A DNA stretch of 64,000 bases from Candidatus Dadabacteria bacterium (GTDB taxonomy: Bacteria > Desulfobacterota_D > UBA1144 > Nemesobacterales > CSP1-2): the NCBI GenBank assembly GCA_963805855.1, contig CAWDVW010000005.1:288001-352000 (forward strand), written 5' to 3'. Positions 41,479 through 52,340 of this stretch are shown one piece after another. The notes under the pieces are model-generated. The model was given only the letters and a program-made list of their open reading frames with translations, was not told the origin of the DNA and made no database searches. Both the position numbers and the translations under genes were made by a program. Every line of letters starts with the position of its first letter. Position 1 is the stretch's first letter.

Positions 41479-43725
41479 ATGTTGCAGGATAACAAAGGCA
41501 TTCTTATAAAATTTCGGAAGCGTGTATCCGACACATTTCCAATCTCCAGGGTATTTAATCTCCTCCTCATCACCAGCATATTGTTCTTCCTGGCAGCCGG
41601 TGTGTCAATTGCGGCTGACGAAGCTGAAAGAATCCTGTCGCTAGTAGATTACATAGGAGGCGACTACAGCAATGCTGTGCATGATGGGAAAATAGTAAAT
41701 GACAATGAGTATAAAGAGATGGTTGGATTCTCTAACGATGCAATTCATCTTTTACAAGGGCTTAATGTTTCAGGCCTTGATAAATCTAAAACACTGGCCG
41801 ATCTGGAACTGCTAAATCGCAAAATAGTAAATAAGTCTCCCGTAGACGAAGTTGAAGGTTTATCGAATGAAATCAAAGATAAACTCATATCGGATTACGG
41901 AATAGTCCCTTATCCCGAGAATCATCCATCTCTAAATGCCGGGAGGGAGTTGTACGTCAACAATTGCTCCCAGTGCCATGGCATACTTGGCTACGGCGAC
42001 GGTCCGTTGGCACCCGGCTTTAGTCCACCACCTATGAACTTCACAGACATGGTTTCAACAGCAACACTATCCCCATTCAAGATCTACAACACCATGAGTT
42101 TCGGCATACAAGGTACGAAAATGCCCAGTTTCCCAAACCTTTCTGACAGAGAAAAATGGAATTTAGCGTTTTACGTTATGACATTGGGCATAGACGGAAA
42201 AAACGGTACAAACGGTAGCAAACCCCCATTCGACAAGCTTCCAAGTGAACTAAAGGATTACAAAATTCTCTCCACGCTCACAAATGACGATATTGGAAGA
42301 ATTTTAGAAAAAAGCAACCAAACTAAAGTCGACAAAGAAAAGTCAATCCCCTATGTGAGACTTGGAATAGTCGAAGACTCGAACCAAAAGACCAACTCAC
42401 TACTAAACGCACGCACAATCCTCGCAAACTCTCTCGAACTATACAAACAAGGAAAAAAGGAAGAAGCCTACAAAGAGGCTTTGGATGCGTACTTCGAGGG
42501 ATTTGAAATGGTAGAACCCGGCCTTGCCTTAAAAGACAGGGATATGACGCTCAAGATTGAAACAAAGTTTTCTGAATTCAGGGAAGCAATCAAAGAAGGT
42601 AAATCTACAGAAAGGGTAGAGAACCTGTATCAAGAAATTACATCCGACCTTTCAAGGGCTTCCCTCATTCTTGAGAGTGGTAAACCTGTTGATAAGCTGC
42701 TTTCCTTCACTAACTCCTTGGCTATCATGCTGCGCGAAGGCCTTGAAGCAGTCTTGATCATAGCCGCCGTGCTAGCCTTTCTTTCCGCGGCTGGAACTAA
42801 ACACGTCATCAAGTATGTACACTTGGGTTGGATACTTGCTCTTGTAGCAGGTCTTATCACATGGGTTCTGGCAAAGACTATAATAACAATCAGTGGCGCT
42901 CAACGGGAAATCATCGAGGGTGCGACTTCTCTTGTTGCCGCTGCGGTCCTATTTTACGTAAGCTATTGGTTAATTACCAAGATCGAAGTCAAGAAGTGGA
43001 AAGAATACATACAGGGAAAAGTACAGAAGGCAGTCACCAAAAAAAGCCTCTTTGCCCTCGCGAGCGTCTCATTCTTTGCCGTGTACAGGGAGGCATTCGA
43101 GACAGTTCTATTCTATCAGGCTCTCTGGTTTCAGGCTGAAGACTCCAAGGACGCAATCCTTTGGGGACTCATCGTAGGCGTTTTGTTGCTCATAGTCATT
43201 GTATTTGCTATTTTTAAGCTTGCGGTAAGGATACCGCTCAAATACTTTTTTAGCGTCACGACCCTTTTTCTTTACTTCCTTTGTTTCATACTGTTAGGAA
43301 AGGGGATAAGAGCATTTCAAGAGGCGGGTACTGTTGGGATTAAGTCGATTAATTTTATACCCCAGGTCGATATGCTTGGCATTTACCCAACCCTCGAAAC
43401 ATCAATTCCACAGGGAATATTAATAATTGCCTTTGTTGTGGCACTCATCTGGCTCGGCTACGTAAAGAGGGAGAAGGAAAAAAAGGAAATTGCCATAAGC
43501 GTATCAAGGATTTCAGAGGATATGAAGCTGATGCACGAATCCTTTGAACACATCAAGAACCATATCATTGAATGGAAGAGGTGTGAGGACATCGACATTG
43601 AAGCCGAAGAGCTGGATAACCAGATTCAGGGTGTCATTAATCATGTGGACAATCTGGAACATAAGTTATTGGATTTTTACGATGTCGTTTTAAGAAATAA
43701 AGAAACCGTTGGTAAGACTCACTGA
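41479..43725 (+). CDS. Cytochrome c / FTR1-family iron permease fusion
   Basis: LVDYIGGDY, heme motif CSQCH, GTKMPSF, REGLEA and YREAFET (FTR1 RExxE motifs), multiple TM helices and a C-terminal coiled tail. Confidence 0.9.
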   Translation: MLQDNKGILIKFRKRVSDTFPISRVFNLLLITSILFFLAAGVSIAADEAERILSLVDYIGGDYSNAVHDGKIVNDNEYKEMVGFSNDAIHLLQGLNVSGLDKSKTLADLELLNRKIVNKSPVDEVEGLSNEIKDKLISDYGIVPYPENHPSLNAGRELYVNNCSQCHGILGYGDGPLAPGFSPPPMNFTDMVSTATLSPFKIYNTMSFGIQGTKMPSFPNLSDREKWNLAFYVMTLGIDGKNGTNGSKPPFDKLPSELKDYKILSTLTNDDIGRILEKSNQTKVDKEKSIPYVRLGIVEDSNQKTNSLLNARTILANSLELYKQGKKEEAYKEALDAYFEGFEMVEPGLALKDRDMTLKIETKFSEFREAIKEGKSTERVENLYQEITSDLSRASLILESGKPVDKLLSFTNSLAIMLREGLEAVLIIAAVLAFLSAAGTKHVIKYVHLGWILALVAGLITWVLAKTIITISGAQREIIEGATSLVAAAVLFYVSYWLITKIEVKKWKEYIQGKVQKAVTKKSLFALASVSFFAVYREAFETVLFYQALWFQAEDSKDAILWGLIVGVLLLIVIVFAIFKLAVRIPLKYFFSVTTLFLYFLCFILLGKGIRAFQEAGTVGIKSINFIPQVDMLGIYPTLETSIPQGILIIAFVVALIWLGYVKREKEKKEIAISVSRISEDMKLMHESFEHIKNHIIEWKRCEDIDIEAEELDNQIQGVINHVDNLEHKLLDFYDVVLRNKETVGKTH

Positions 43726-43906
43726 TTAGTTCCTATTACCACTTTTCATCCCAGGTAAGAGTATCCCTTGTTCACTCCATTTTAAGCATTTAATATTAAT
43801 GCATAACCTTTCGGGAATCTGCAGGGCATCAGTTGTTAAGCAATCACTCTCACATGTCATTGCGATGAGCAAAGTGTCGGAGCGATCCAAAACGGGAAAA
43901 AGACGA

Positions 43907-44120
43907 GGACAGTTTTTTAGATTTTAAATGGGCATTCAAAAAATTGCCAAAATCAATTCCGGAAGCGTTAAAAAAAGTGACAATCATTACTGTCATCTCG
44001 AAGGAGCATAGTGACTGAGAGAACTAATTAATTATAGCAATAGATATCTCGCATTGCTCGATACGCAAGCGTTTTTTGTAAGCCCTTGATTTTTGTTTCT
44101 TTGTATCAAGACAAAGAAAA
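43907..44120. repeat. Dispersed repeat family A copy 3
   Basis: Matches 6686-6918 and 30907-31153. Confidence 0.92.
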
Positions 44121-44252
44121 AAGAAATTAAAGTATCGGTCCACGATAGAAACATTCGACGATGACGGATAGCAAATTATCGCGAAATTTATTAGTTTTTG
44201 GATCTTGTCCAAGAACTATTTAACATCTACAGTGATGAAACCATAAATAGAG

Positions 44253-44927
44253 ATGAATAAGAAAGCCGTAGTCATTGCATCCGGCGGGATAGACAGTTCA
44301 ACCCTACTTTTTAAAACGGTTACCGAAAACTATGAAACGTATGCGCTCACGTTTATTTATGGACAGAAACACAAAAGGGAAATCGAATCGGCAAAATGGA
44401 TATGCGAGCGCCTAAAAGTTTCCCACAAGATCTTAGATCTATCAGTGCTGAAGGAGATTCTTACAGGCTCTGCGCTAACAGATTCAAGTATTGCAATTCC
44501 AGAGGTTCCCGCGGATGTGTCATTTTATGACACCCTAAAGGCTACTATCGTTCCCAATAGAAATTCGATTTTCCTATCCATAGCAATCGGATACGCAGTA
44601 AGTACCGGTGCTAACCGTGTATTATTTGGAGCGCACTATTCTGACAGGGGCATTTATCCGGATTGCAGGCCTGAATTCGTCGAGGCGTTTGAGTCCGCAG
44701 AAAGGCTTGCCACCGACAATCCAGATTTAACAGTTAATGCCCCTTTTGCACACATGGACAAATCCGACATCGTTAAGCTCGGGTCCGAACTCGGCGTTCC
44801 TTATCAAAAAACATGGTCCTGCTACAAAGGCGACGAGTTGCAATGCGGGGTCTGTAGCTCGTGCAGGGAGAGAAAGAGGGCCTTCACTCAATCGGGGGTC
44901 TCAGACCCCACCAGTTATGAAAGGTGA
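44253..44927 (+). CDS. queC: 7-cyano-7-deazaguanine synthase
   Basis: SGGIDSST, YGQKH, VPNRNSIF, YPDCRPEF and TWSCY...CGVCSSC. Confidence 0.96.
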   Translation: MNKKAVVIASGGIDSSTLLFKTVTENYETYALTFIYGQKHKREIESAKWICERLKVSHKILDLSVLKEILTGSALTDSSIAIPEVPADVSFYDTLKATIVPNRNSIFLSIAIGYAVSTGANRVLFGAHYSDRGIYPDCRPEFVEAFESAERLATDNPDLTVNAPFAHMDKSDIVKLGSELGVPYQKTWSCYKGDELQCGVCSSCRERKRAFTQSGVSDPTSYER

Positions 44928-45465
44928 TTTCGAACAAAGCAATGTGAGAAATCTCTCTTTCCTTTATCGCTCATGTAGCGGAGGACTTTAGTCCTCCACT
45001 CGTCTTCAAATTGGTATTACAATCCAAAGATCAATGGAGACATTTATCTTTTCATTCTTGGATAAATAAACCGTTTAATAAAATAGCGTTTGGCAACTCC
45101 ACCTTTTTGAATTCTATAGTTACAATGATCAAACAAGCAAAGCCTGACCCCTCACCCTCCTTTCCCGTTCTCTCAAATCCGCTCACACTGAGCCTGGTCG
45201 AAGTGTGCCAAGCAATCTCCTGTTAATTCCCCCTACCCTTCATTTCCCTTTCATAATTCGATTCATGTCTCCAGTCCTTCAATATCCCAGCCGATCGCCC
45301 TGAGCCTGCCGAAGGGCGCGAATTAATCTCCTCTTCTATCGTAATCGCGAAGGGCAAAGCCCTGCAGCGATCTCCTGCATATCTTTCAAAGAGTTAATCT
45401 ACTTTGATTAAAAAAAGGAAAAGCACAAAACAGAAGAAGTCCGCGATCAGAAACGCAACAAAGAT

Positions 45466-45575
45466 AATTTAAAAAATAGCTGGCGAGGAAAATAAGGCGA
45501 AGTCGGGATCCCCAGTAGTTTCGTCTTAAATCATGGATCATGCATCGTCCATCCCGCATCCTGCACCATGCATCG
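45466..45575. repeat. Dispersed repeat family C (other copies at about 46657-46736 and, inverted, about 52162-52253)
   Basis: Shared core CCCyAGTAGTnnCGTyTTAAATCATGGATC followed by TGCATC-rich short repeats; reverse complement GATCCATGATTTAAAACGATACTACTAGGG at about 52177-52206. Confidence 0.8.
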
Positions 45576-45685
45576 TATCACCACTTGTCAATTGTGAACT
45601 TCACCCGTCCGCTTTCAATGAGCTGCGGCACCTCTGCTTAGATCGATACACTTTTTTAAAATTTAGAACAGGCCGCAAAATTTTT

Positions 45686-46423
45686 TCATCTACATCGAAT
45701 GGTCAGATTAAGATGGACTCTTGAAATTCTACCGGCACTTGTGCCTTCGGTCACATTCCATACAGCGGCATAATCACCCACGTAAGGAAAAGAATTAGAC
45801 CCTAATGACACAGGTGACCCCGTGAAAGAAACTGCGTTAACTTGGCCATTTGCGTCTGTATGTTGGATTGTCCAATTATTATCTGACATTGCAGCAGACT
45901 GAGGTTCGGTAATTAAGTTTAAATCTGTAACGATAATATTTTGCGAAGCGTCCATGCTTGGAACGATTATCGACCACGTTGGGGGCGTTTGAGCGCTTAT
46001 GCTTAAGGTTAACGCTCTTGTATCTCCTTGTTGGACTACATTGACTAGGGCAGTGTCACCAGCTTCACAGCTAGTTCCCGATGTCGCCCTTAAATTAAAT
46101 TCCGTCCTACTTGCAGGTGAGACATCTATTTGTCCTTCTGGCGTCAGATTTTCCAGATCTGTCGACACATCTGTGATAATATTTACCGACTCGGCTTCAC
46201 TCGTTGCCCAGGTTAAGATAGCCCTTTCTCCGGGACAGATATCTACACTCTCATTTTCTATGGTTATGATCTCAGGGTTTGTACTTACACCAAGTGCAGC
46301 GGTCGTATTGCATATAGGTGGGCGTGTTCGACCGCACGAACTAAAAATGCCAAAACAAAGTAATAGGATAAAGATGACATTTAGTTTAAGACTAGCCTTA
46401 TGCATTTCTAGTAGATTCCTCAC
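45686..46423 (-). CDS. Hypothetical lipoprotein, beta-rich (Ig-like)
   Basis: Hydrophobic leader ending IFSSC; 'PGERAILTW...VSPASRTEFNLRAT' Ig-like pattern. Confidence 0.6.
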   Translation of the reverse strand: MRNLLEMHKASLKLNVIFILLLCFGIFSSCGRTRPPICNTTAALGVSTNPEIITIENESVDICPGERAILTWATSEAESVNIITDVSTDLENLTPEGQIDVSPASRTEFNLRATSGTSCEAGDTALVNVVQQGDTRALTLSISAQTPPTWSIIVPSMDASQNIIVTDLNLITEPQSAAMSDNNWTIQHTDANGQVNAVSFTGSPVSLGSNSFPYVGDYAAVWNVTEGTSAGRISRVHLNLTIRCR

Positions 46424-46877
46424 TTATAAATCCGGGTTTGCGAATCTTTAATAATTCCTTAAGCTTCTTTTCCCTATTTAACGAAGCCTCAAGACATCTG
46501 TTTGTTTTTCATTGTATCAGACTTTTTATCACATTGTCAATAACTTTAGTTGACCCGAAGAAAACGGGACACTCACACTTAGTTCTCAGGGATGATCCCT
46601 CTCTTATTGCGCAGGACAACTAGCTAAAAAAAAGTGCTGCGTCACCCTTTCATTAGCAAGGGAAGAATAAGGTAAAGTTGCGACCCTAGTAGTACCGTTT
46701 TAAATCATGGATCCTGCTTCTTGCATCCTGTATCCTATCGCTATTTATAAATTCACAAAAGGTGACAAAATTAGTGAGCTCGAAATTCTGTCCCTATTCT
46801 GTATATCCCAGATAATTACACTTGCTTCACAAAGTTCATCATAAGTCGTATAATGAAGGAAGTTTCGATTATTAAGA

Positions 46878-48584
46878 TTGTTGAGGTGTGGAATGATCTT
46901 CCGTTGGTTCGTCAAGCCGAATTTAATCCCATTCATTTGGTTTACACTAATTCTTCCTCTAATCTTTGTTGGATCAAGCTGTTTGGTAATGGCGGACGAA
47001 TGGATCCAGGTTGCGTCCGGCGGTCTAGGTTCATCGGAAGAGGGACAACCAGATGCAATGGAAATCTTTGGAAATCATGTATACGTTGCAACTCACATCA
47101 ATTTAGCTACTGGCGAACAGCAACCAAAGATTTACCGCGCCACACTTGAAGACGACGACGTATGGAGAGAGTTCTCTCCCCCGTGGGGAATCATTAACGC
47201 CGAAGTTTCAGATATGCTCGTATTCCAGGATCAGCTTTTCGTTAGCAACTACGCAGGGCAAATATGGAGACTCGGAGGCGATGGGGTGTGGAGGAACGTA
47301 ACACCCGATTGGCCTGGAAGCAGAATGGTTCATTCGATGGCCCCCATGCTTCCGATGGCCGGTGGCCATAGGATCTGCGCGGTACGTGCAGGAATCGAAA
47401 TTTGGTGTGGTCCTCCCAGCTCCGAGGGTACTGGTTGGGAACGAATATCCGTTCCTCCTGGATTTGGCAGCGACCCCAGCATCCAAAGCGCCATGTTACG
47501 CAGATTTGGCCGTGATTTATATCTTGGAGTTGGTGGCGGAAGTGCGGGAAGTCGGATGTGTGAACTATGGAAATTGGATACCCCATCAAGATTTACAACG
47601 TCAGTGGTTTGGGGATCTGTTACCACAGACTGCTTTGGATTTGGCCATGACCTGACGTGGATTACTGCCATGGCCGAGTTTAGCTCTATGCTTTACATCG
47701 GCACTGGAGGGCATGGAGCTGATGCTGTGCTCTACAGAACTGACGGCACTGGTCTCGAGGATGTAACGCCTAGTGATCTTTATGATTTTACAAGCCCTTT
47801 CTCGGCACATCCTTTGCGCTACGGCTCCATGGCAACCAATGGCGAATACCTTTTCGTTGGCACTCGTACGACTAGCGGCTCGGCTCAAGGCGCTGATGTG
47901 ATAAGAACGGGGGATGAAGATGCTTGGGTACTTTCCAATGAACCAGGCTTTGGTGTTAGGGGAAATGATGTAGTGACAGCAATGGCCGGTAAGCATGGGC
48001 ACCTCTACGCAGGCGTTTTGAATTTGTCGAATGGACTTGAGGTGTGGAGGTTGATCGGACGGCCCGTAGTGATAGGTCCTATACCAACACCTAGACCGCC
48101 TGGACCTAGACCGGGAATACGTGTACAAGGATGTAAAACGAGATCGATTATTGTGCCAATTCCTTCTCACGTACCACTCTGCCGTTGTATACGGGATGAT
48201 GGTGCTCGCGAGTTGAGATGTGGTTTACTCAATCCCGATTTTTTTCTTATTTTCAGGACACCAATCCCAATTTTACAAGGTAAACCCTTTGAGTTGAGCT
48301 GGACTCTGATACCGCTAACCAAAATTCCTGGCGATGTGTATGTTAATACCACTTTACCCGAAAACTTTAAATCAATGGACAGGAAGACAACTGTAGTGAA
48401 GTTTCCCTCTGATATCGATGTTGATAAACCATCTAAATTAAATTTGCCATTTATAGCTCCTGACAAGCAAGCGCTTTACCCATTGATGGGCAGAGTGATG
48501 ATAGCAGATAAAAAGGGAAACAAAATATTAGATGAGACCATCGAGCTTGAGATTTCAGTGGGTAAAGAGGATTATACTAAGTAA
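46878..48584 (+). CDS. Secreted hypothetical protein, probable beta-propeller with Pro-rich linker and C-terminal domain
   Basis: Signal-like N-terminus; repeated MxxFxxxLYVG-like blades (MEIFGNHVYVA, MLVFQDQLFVS, MAEFSSMLYIG, MATNGEYLFVG); PIPTPRPPGPRP linker. Confidence 0.65.
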   Translation: MLRCGMIFRWFVKPNLIPFIWFTLILPLIFVGSSCLVMADEWIQVASGGLGSSEEGQPDAMEIFGNHVYVATHINLATGEQQPKIYRATLEDDDVWREFSPPWGIINAEVSDMLVFQDQLFVSNYAGQIWRLGGDGVWRNVTPDWPGSRMVHSMAPMLPMAGGHRICAVRAGIEIWCGPPSSEGTGWERISVPPGFGSDPSIQSAMLRRFGRDLYLGVGGGSAGSRMCELWKLDTPSRFTTSVVWGSVTTDCFGFGHDLTWITAMAEFSSMLYIGTGGHGADAVLYRTDGTGLEDVTPSDLYDFTSPFSAHPLRYGSMATNGEYLFVGTRTTSGSAQGADVIRTGDEDAWVLSNEPGFGVRGNDVVTAMAGKHGHLYAGVLNLSNGLEVWRLIGRPVVIGPIPTPRPPGPRPGIRVQGCKTRSIIVPIPSHVPLCRCIRDDGARELRCGLLNPDFFLIFRTPIPILQGKPFELSWTLIPLTKIPGDVYVNTTLPENFKSMDRKTTVVKFPSDIDVDKPSKLNLPFIAPDKQALYPLMGRVMIADKKGNKILDETIELEISVGKEDYTK

Positions 48585-49155
48585 ATTCGTACTATGATGG
48601 AGCCAAGTAGAATATTAAATAGGGACATTTGTCCCTATTTTCGGTCGCTTGTAAGATGCCGGCGTGAAGTAAACGGGTTACGTCCCCTTTAAGTCTCAGC
48701 CATTCAATTGAGCTTGGTCGAAGTGTGTGAAGCAATCTCCTCATTTAGCATCATCGTACTTCGACCTGCGTGTCCTGAGTATAATCGAAGTGCTCAGTAT
48801 AGACCCCACTGCGGCGATCTCCTGCCCATCTCTCAGAGAATTAATCTACTTAATCGACAAGAAAGGAAGAGGACAAGAAAGACGGAGTTGGTAATTGGGA
48901 AATAAATGAAGACAATTGCAAAAATAGCGGGGAGGAAGAGCAGTATAGGCGGGAATGAAAGAGATATTAAATTTATATATAGTTATTTTGATTATGAAAT
49001 AATTCCGTATAATCTTTAGTTAGGACAAAATTATTTTAGCATTCTTATTTTCAAGAGAGTGGAAAACGATGACTTTCGAAATCCTCAGGCTCCTTGACGC
49101 TTATGATTTTGACAATTTATTGATATGCAAGAGCCATCTATGACGCATAGTTAAT

Positions 49156-51135
49156 ATGGGCGAACTTAGATACAACCGATTTACTAACAACAGACAAATA
49201 CTCTTGGGAGTATTGGTATTCGGACTGATACTGCAAGTCATCGCTGCATCAACGACTGAGGCTGCTACTCGAATAGTTTCAAAAGCAAAAAATGCAAAAG
49301 ACGTTGGCAGCTGCACGCAACTACCCTGTGCCACGATTAAGTATGCAATAAGCAAAGCTGTAAGTGGTGATACCATAAGTGTATTTCCGGGCACCTATAC
49401 CGAAGCCAACATCGCGATTACAACAAACCTGACTATCAGGGGTGCTGGTGCGTCCAAGACCATAGTTCAGGGAGCCGCGATTCCGGGCAAGGCCACTGAC
49501 CGCGTATTTTCTGTATGCGTGAATAAAAAAGGGGTTGTTAAGGTCAATTTCGAAAAGATGACCATCCGCCACGGGAAGAGTAAATACGGCGGTGGCATCT
49601 GTATTGGGGCTACAAATGAAGCTACTATCGATGAATGTGTGATTACAAATAACTCTGTTACAAGTGATGGTCTCGGTATAAATGCTGGCCTTGGTGGTGG
49701 CATTTTTATGAATAATGATTCTTCACTTATACTCAAAAATAGTACAATCTCTAAAAACACAGCGACTTCTCAGGGCGGTGGTATTCTCAGCTGGTGTTTT
49801 ACAACTTTGAAAGTGAGCAACAGCACTATCACCGAAAATTCTGCCAATCATGGCGGTGGGATCGATATCGGTGCCCCTTCCACCTTAATTATAGACGACA
49901 GTACAATCTCCAAGAACCTCGCCAAATTCAGTGGTGGCGGCATAAATAATGCAGACAAAGCGACAATCAGCAACAGCAAGATCTCAGACAATGGTGCTAA
50001 TAATAGGGGTGGCGGCATAAGAAATGACGGCACAATGACGATTATCAACAGCACTATATCCGCTAACGGGTCACCTGGAGAAGGCGGAGGTATCGTGAAC
50101 TTTGGCACACTTGCGATAGATAGAAGCACGATCTCCAATAACGGAGCCCACTTTGGTGGAGGCATAAGACATTCTGGGAAAAAACCCCTGGTGATAAGCA
50201 ACAGTACAATATCAAAAAACACTGCCAATTACGGTGGCGGCATAAGTAGCGATGGAACACTGACAATCAGTAACAGCACGCTCTCCGGGAACTCAAACAT
50301 CGGCATATTAAACTCAGGCAATGTGAATATCAAGAGTTCAATAGTCGCCAATACAGGTTTCTACGTTACGGCGCCCAAGGATTGCTCGAACTATGACAGC
50401 AAAAGCATTATTAAAGCTTCGGGCGCTAATTTGAATACAGATATGAGTTGCCCCGGTTTTACTCACGTCAAGTCAGCACAGCTCAATCTGGGACCCCTGA
50501 AGCTTAACTTGCCAGGCACGACAGATACTCACGCCTTGCCTAAAAATAGCGCGGCTGTTAATGCAGCCACAGACTGCAAGGATTTTAATGGCAATATAGT
50601 CTTGACTGACCAGCGAGGCATAAAACGCCCGCAACCCTCTCAAGGGAAGTGTGACGTTGGGGCGTACGAGCTGAATGGGCTTATTACTACTTCCGGCGAT
50701 ATAAATTTCGATGGAAAAACAAACGTCATTGACGCGCGCATAGCGCAGTTGGCTGCCGATGGCTCCATAGAATTAGTGGGCGAGTATCATAAGTCAGCGG
50801 ACTGGGATAAAAACGGCTATTTGGACACCGCTGACGCGACGGCGATTGCCATGACAAGTATTGGACTTAAGAAGGCGGGGCCCTTCACTTTGACTGTTAA
50901 GAAGGCTGGGTCAGGGGGAGGGCAGGTTACCAGCACCCCGACAGGAATCAACTGCGGGAACGATTGCTCGTACAGCTTTAAAAGTGCAGTGGTGGTTTTG
51001 ATAGCCACCCCAGATAAGCTTTCTTCTCAGACCAAGTGGGAGGGATGTGACTCGGTAACAGACGAAGAGTGTATTGTATGGATGAATAGCGATCGTGAGG
51101 TGAAAGCCACTTTTAATTTGAGGGTGGAGCGTTAG
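49156..51135 (+). CDS. Secreted right-handed beta-helix (Pmp-like GGGI repeats, choice-of-anchor-Q-like) protein with dockerin and InlB-B-repeat-like C-terminus
   Basis: Repeated NSTISxNxAxxGGGI; LGPL...THAL...SAAVNA...TDQRGIKRPQ...CDVGAYE; dockerin-like GDINFDGKTNVIDA...ADWDKNGYLDTADA; LTVKKAGSGGGQVTSTPTGINCGNDC. Confidence 0.8.
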   Translation: MGELRYNRFTNNRQILLGVLVFGLILQVIAASTTEAATRIVSKAKNAKDVGSCTQLPCATIKYAISKAVSGDTISVFPGTYTEANIAITTNLTIRGAGASKTIVQGAAIPGKATDRVFSVCVNKKGVVKVNFEKMTIRHGKSKYGGGICIGATNEATIDECVITNNSVTSDGLGINAGLGGGIFMNNDSSLILKNSTISKNTATSQGGGILSWCFTTLKVSNSTITENSANHGGGIDIGAPSTLIIDDSTISKNLAKFSGGGINNADKATISNSKISDNGANNRGGGIRNDGTMTIINSTISANGSPGEGGGIVNFGTLAIDRSTISNNGAHFGGGIRHSGKKPLVISNSTISKNTANYGGGISSDGTLTISNSTLSGNSNIGILNSGNVNIKSSIVANTGFYVTAPKDCSNYDSKSIIKASGANLNTDMSCPGFTHVKSAQLNLGPLKLNLPGTTDTHALPKNSAAVNAATDCKDFNGNIVLTDQRGIKRPQPSQGKCDVGAYELNGLITTSGDINFDGKTNVIDARIAQLAADGSIELVGEYHKSADWDKNGYLDTADATAIAMTSIGLKKAGPFTLTVKKAGSGGGQVTSTPTGINCGNDCSYSFKSAVVVLIATPDKLSSQTKWEGCDSVTDEECIVWMNSDREVKATFNLRVER

Positions 51136-51152
51136 CAGCCTCGAAACCCGAT

Positions 51153-51764
51153 ATGAGTTTGAGAGTTAGAAGCATGGAAAAGCTAATCTTATACCTAGGC
51201 AGTTTGCGATTCTCTTTGAGTATTGCATCGCAGCCTCTCGCGAAATTTAGGCTTAAGAAACAGTTCGTAGCTTTGTTGCTATTAAGCGGAATAATCCCCT
51301 GTGTTCTAACGTCCTGCGCGACATCTAAGTTGTCACCTTCACCTTCGGAGCCTTCAATATTCATTGAATCAACCTCTTTGCTCAGCGGTGCAAGCGGAGC
51401 TTTATCTGTCAATGTGCAAGATGTTACAGAAGGTGGGGGAGTAGCCGCAATCCAGGGAAGTATCACGTACGACCCAAGCTTGATACAAATTCAGGAGCTG
51501 TCTGGATTAAACGCGTTTATTGTGATGGCGGAGGATATTAATAACGATAAAGGGGAGGTTCGCTTTGCAGCTGTCAGGGTTGGTAACGAGGGCGTAAGTA
51601 ATGGGCCCATAGCGAATATTCTTGTTAAGGCAACTGGGTCGCCGGGCGATGAGGCACAGCTGACTTGGGAAGGTAATGCTGAAACGCCTATTGTTATAGG
51701 CGGGAACAATAACCACGAACTCACTCTGATAAGTCTTAGTGGTGGACGAGTCAAGATCCGGTGA
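51153..51764 (+). CDS. Cohesin-domain lipoprotein
   Basis: Lipobox VLTSC; LSVNV...VAAIQGSITYDPSLIQI...GEVRFAA...NGPIANILVKA...GGRVKI matches the cohesin beta-sandwich pattern. The start may lie further downstream. Confidence 0.72.
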   Translation: MSLRVRSMEKLILYLGSLRFSLSIASQPLAKFRLKKQFVALLLLSGIIPCVLTSCATSKLSPSPSEPSIFIESTSLLSGASGALSVNVQDVTEGGGVAAIQGSITYDPSLIQIQELSGLNAFIVMAEDINNDKGEVRFAAVRVGNEGVSNGPIANILVKATGSPGDEAQLTWEGNAETPIVIGGNNNHELTLISLSGGRVKIR

Positions 51765-52340
51765 TTTAGAATCTGTCTTCAGTAAAGAAGCATTTCGACT
51801 AATGATCTAATTAAACTTGATTAATTGGTGCCTTGATTATCTTCTTCTATTTAGCAGCTTCTTAATCTCTCGCCATTTATGCAGGCATCTTGATCCCACT
51901 TAACACTTATCTCATAAGGCTTGCCCTTCACACTTTATTTAATATTAATAGCTTAACTCTATTTTTCTGCGGATGTTCTATTTTTCTGTAAATCTTTTGT
52001 CTTTCCATTCTATTAGGAAATTAAAGGTGAAGCTTCCCTTTAATGTTAGGAATAGTTATTACCGGTCGTTGCTCCTTTCTCGATCATACTTTAAAATCTC
52101 AAATTGAGTAAGGCTCTAATCAATTTCTGTTATGTTTATCGCAATACCGCCAACGGCGTTAGGATGCAGGATACATGATCCATGATTTAAAACGATACTA
52201 CTAGGGATACCAACTTTACTCTAGTTTTCTTCTTGCCGGCTATTTTTAAATTGTATTTATTACTTGCCACGCCATGAAAGTAAACTGGTGACAGATGTCA
52301 CTAATTTTTCAGCAACAGCTAAGTGTCGGGCCAGTCTGCA

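Noticed and set aside
6686-44120. Dispersed repeats as a CRISPR array or autonomous IS
   Set aside because: Copies are kilobases apart with no repeat-spacer periodicity and no transposase ORF.
45180-52300. Island as an integron cassette array
   Set aside because: No integrase, mixed gene orientations, and no convincing attC structure with paired RYYYAAC/GTTRRRY ends at suitable spacing.
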